Assembly (NCBI RefSeq): GCF_902459465.1
Contig: NC_047081.1
Coordinates: forward strand, 11,284,001 to 11,348,000
DNA from: Asterias rubens
Taxonomy: Eukaryota
Direction: 5' to 3'
Length of the DNA: 64,000 nt
Of this stretch, positions 60,661-64,000 are shown in pieces. Every line of letters starts with the position of its first letter. The first letter of the stretch is position 1. A program made the translations under genes and the position numbers. The notes below the pieces were generated by a model. It saw only the letters and a program-made list of their open reading frames with translations. It did no database searches and was not told the DNA's origin.

Positions 60661-63064
60661 ATGTTGACAAAGTTCCCCCTCCCAAAAAGCGAACAATTTC
60701 TCAACTTCGCCCTTTGCTGATGCCCTTTCATTATATTTTGAGAATTCGAAACCTTTTGGAAAAGTATAGGATAAGCAAGTTAAGTTAAAAGGGTCGGGGT
60801 CGGGGTTGGGGTGGGGCGGAGGGGGGACGAAGGCTGCAAACACATGCCCACAACAGTACGATGCACTTCTGGGTATGCCTTCAACTGCGAAAACAACCAA
60901 AGTGTTTCACAATATAGCCATGCGTAAATTCTAGGGAAATGGTTTTCAACCCCCATAAAACCGGTTCAGTAACCGGTGTTCAAAAACACACTCATCGGCT
61001 TGTGTTCGGTATACCGGTGGGTTTCTAGGAAAATTGATAAACTACTGGCCATACATGTTATCGTAGTACCGACCCATATAACGTGCTGGGTTGAGGTGTT
61101 CGTCCACATCCAGGGTTCAAACTTCACATGGCTGTTTTATGCCCCGAAGCGACCCCGGGTCAGGTCAAGTCGAGGGGTGAAACACACGGTTTGGTTTCAC
61201 CAAAAAACAAACAAAAAATCTAACATTTTGTTAGTTTTCCGAGCCTAGGCCTATAACTTCACACTTCCGAAAATGTGTCCCATTATTAAACAGTTTGAAG
61301 AAAAAAAGTCAGTTTGACCACGATGGTTTGACATGTTTGACTAACACAAGGGCCCGTGGTTTTCAGTAATTTTCCTCTCATCAGTTCAGTTCAGTTTAGT
61401 TTATTTTCCACTCTTAGAAATCAGTTGCCGTACAATGATAAACATTATGGTAGGCCTATATCCAAGCATGTTTGGTGAGAGACCCCTGATAAAAATCAAT
61501 GTAACTGGGTTAAAGCATAGGGTTAAAGGATCAGGCATAATGGCAGTGATTACGTAAAAAAAGGGGGGTCACTGGACAAACACATCAGTATACAAAACAG
61601 AGCTGGAATTCTTTACCGCACAGCAGCATTACCTGTGGTGATTAGTCCAATTTAATGACAATGGACATCATTGGTAAAAAGCTGGAGAGCTGATGAGAAA
61701 GAGTTTTAGAGAAAGACTTGATTTTTTTTGGACACAGTTTTAGATCTGAGAGGGAAGGCTTTCAAGGAATCAAGGTATATTAGCGTTTTGTAAGGCATCC
61801 GAAAACAAACAAGTCTTTGCACAAAAAAAATCTTTTCTTTTTCTTGTAACTTTATGACCAATTGAGCACAAATTGTCACCGGTTTGGAATATTATTTTGT
61901 TATGCACTTGTGTTGGATTTCACAAAGTGAGTGTACTCTTTGACAATCTAAATTTACCCAGTCCTCCCTTTATGATTAATTGTAAAAAGCGGTGTCTCAA
62001 ATTAAATTACGAAAATACTATTCGCTTAGCAACATAGGACTGGATTTTATTATTTATTGTTCATCCAAATAATCCGGGCTAGGCTAGTAAAAAATAATAT
62101 TAATGTTTAAAAGGAAAGAGCAAGTTCCCCACACGTCCATTGTGATTAATGTTTGTGGTTTCAACAATGGGCTTTTGGGGCCGGGTGGGCGATCTCCCGC
62201 CAGCCCAAGCCCCACCGTTCTTGATCCTCAATGATTCAACAAAAGTTCAGAGGGTGCGTGATTATGATATGTTAAACTTTGCCTAAATTGTTGGCTTTTT
62301 GAAAATGGTTGCGAAATGATGTGATGAAAAGGGAAAATTATTTTGAGAGGCGAGCCTGCTATCTGATAGGGGCCATACTGCAGATACAATGAATTTATGG
62401 AGTAACATCATGATGTGATTGCAAAACAAGCATCAAGCCTGGGTTTTTAAAACTAGATGGATAGTGTTAACTGTTGATGACACCTGTTATAGGACTACCC
62501 CCCTATGCTAAAAGAAACAACGGGCAAATGAAGTGTAAAACAAGTTTATAATTGAAATTTTTTCGAAGATAGGCCCTATAAGCTAAGATGTTTCCCATCT
62601 TGAAAGCAGATGTCTTAAAACTTTAAACAATGACCTTTGCAGTTTGCTAAAACAGACCGGGAAACTTGACCTTTTACGAACTGGACTTCATTCATTGTTT
62701 AGCAATGGTCATGGCTATTTGATAAACGGGACATCAAACTGATAACAAACAATAAGGGACACTACACAAAAACTGACCCGTTAGTTCCCAAACTCCCTCT
62801 CCGTGGTGATTGAGGAAAAAGAAAAAGAAAAAAAAAACACATCTGTGCCAAATTAGAAAATAATGACACACCAAGGTAAAAACTTATAATGCACGAAGTT
62901 TGTTTGCTTTTCCACAGTGCGTTCTTCATGAATCAAGGTCTGAATGTCAAAACGTCCAGTGAAGCCAAAACGGTCACTAACAAAAATACATCAGTCCCAA
63001 ACTTGCTCATTGTAAAAGATAGTCATTAGTTTAACAAATAAATCTATAAATGCCTAGGATTTGT

Positions 63065-63450
63065 TTAAAGGCAGTGGACACTATTGGTAATTACTCAAAT
63101 TAATTATAAGCATAAAACCTTACTTGGTAATGAGTAATGGGGAGAGGTTGATAGTATATAACATTGTGAGAAACGGCTCCCTCTGAAGTGACTTAGTTTT
63201 CGAGAAATAAGCAATTTTTCACGAATTTGATTTCGAGACCTCAAGTTTAGAATTTGAGGTCTCGAAATCAAGCATCTGAAAGCACATAACTTCTTGTGAT
63301 CAGGGTGTTTTTTCTTTCATTATTATCTCGCAAGTTCCATGACCAATTGAGCTCAAATTTTCACAGGTTTGTTATTTTATGCATATGTTGAGATACACCA
63401 AGTGAGAAGACTTGTCTTTGACAATTACCAATAGTGTCCACTGTCTTTAA
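63065..63450 (+). mobile_element. Intact TTAA-flanked (Kolobok/T2-like) MITE
   Basis: ttaa|aggcagtggacactattggtaatt .. aattaccaatagtgtccactgtct|ttaa. TTAA TSD with AG..CT termini; central perfect 18-bp hairpin at 63227-63271. Confidence 0.9.
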
Positions 63451-63947
63451 CAAAAAGATGACATGGTCAAATCTCTGAACACGAATTATAAGTCTGCTTG
63501 ACCCAACATTCCCGTTAGACCGTTTGAAGCCGATGGTCACAATATTCTGTCCTACGTCCAGCTGGCCAGTGACATTGACCACAAGTTGCTCATTATTCCT
63601 CATACTTCCAATACTTTGTACACAAAACAATGATGACAATGAGCGGTATAAACATACTGGCTGACTAAAACATGACAAACAATAGGGACCGGCCCGCGAC
63701 TATAGTCCCACCACAGGTGCAGAAAATGAAAGCCAATATTGTCACACTGAAAAAAAAAAAAGTTAAGGGCATTTAGAACCACCGCATGAGGCACAAACTA
63801 ACTTGTCCAACTAAATGTATAGACCTGATACTTCACGGAGACAACAGAATGCGATTGCCTCCATGCCCCCTGTGTCCTTGAAATGACCTAGTAAAAACTT
63901 ACAATTTCCCCATATTATAGGGTGCCTTTTACTAAGGAGAAAATGCC

Positions 63948-64000
63948 TTAACGCCATTGGACCCTTTCGGTAAACAGTATTGTCCAAGGCCCACACTTCG
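63948..64000. mobile_element. Start of a TTAA-flanked MITE (44790 family) abutting the 63845 repeat; runs off the window
   Basis: ttaa|cgccattggaccctttcggtaaacagtattgtccaaggcccacac. Confidence 0.65.

Overview
Eukaryotic, AT-rich genomic DNA with spliceosomal (GT-AG) genes, a 500-N scaffold gap and many short MITE/SINE-type repeats. The repeat families and GPCR type suggest an echinoderm, probably a sea star (inference). Six genes could be assembled by hand with consistent intron phases. (1) A minus-strand secreted mosaic protein: signal peptide - EGF - CUB - at least two copies of a ~140-aa, 4-Cys module I cannot name, running off the left edge. (2) An intronless class-A orphan GPCR (23940-24998 +). 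(3) DNAJB12/14 (9 coding exons, -). (4) An acid/gastric-type lipase (8 coding exons, +), head-to-head with DNAJB12. (5) Histone H2A.Z (5 exons, -). (6) A DDIT4/REDD-family gene (-) with two in-frame candidate 5' exons. Bases 1304-10348 recur nearly identically at 10849-19928 on the other side of the gap, most likely an unmerged haplotype overlap rather than a real duplication. The best leads are the unnamed repeated module in gene 1, the DDIT4 5' exon/promoter architecture, and a MITE carrying an inverted pair of CTCF-like motifs. No CRISPR array, rRNA or intact tRNA gene was seen.
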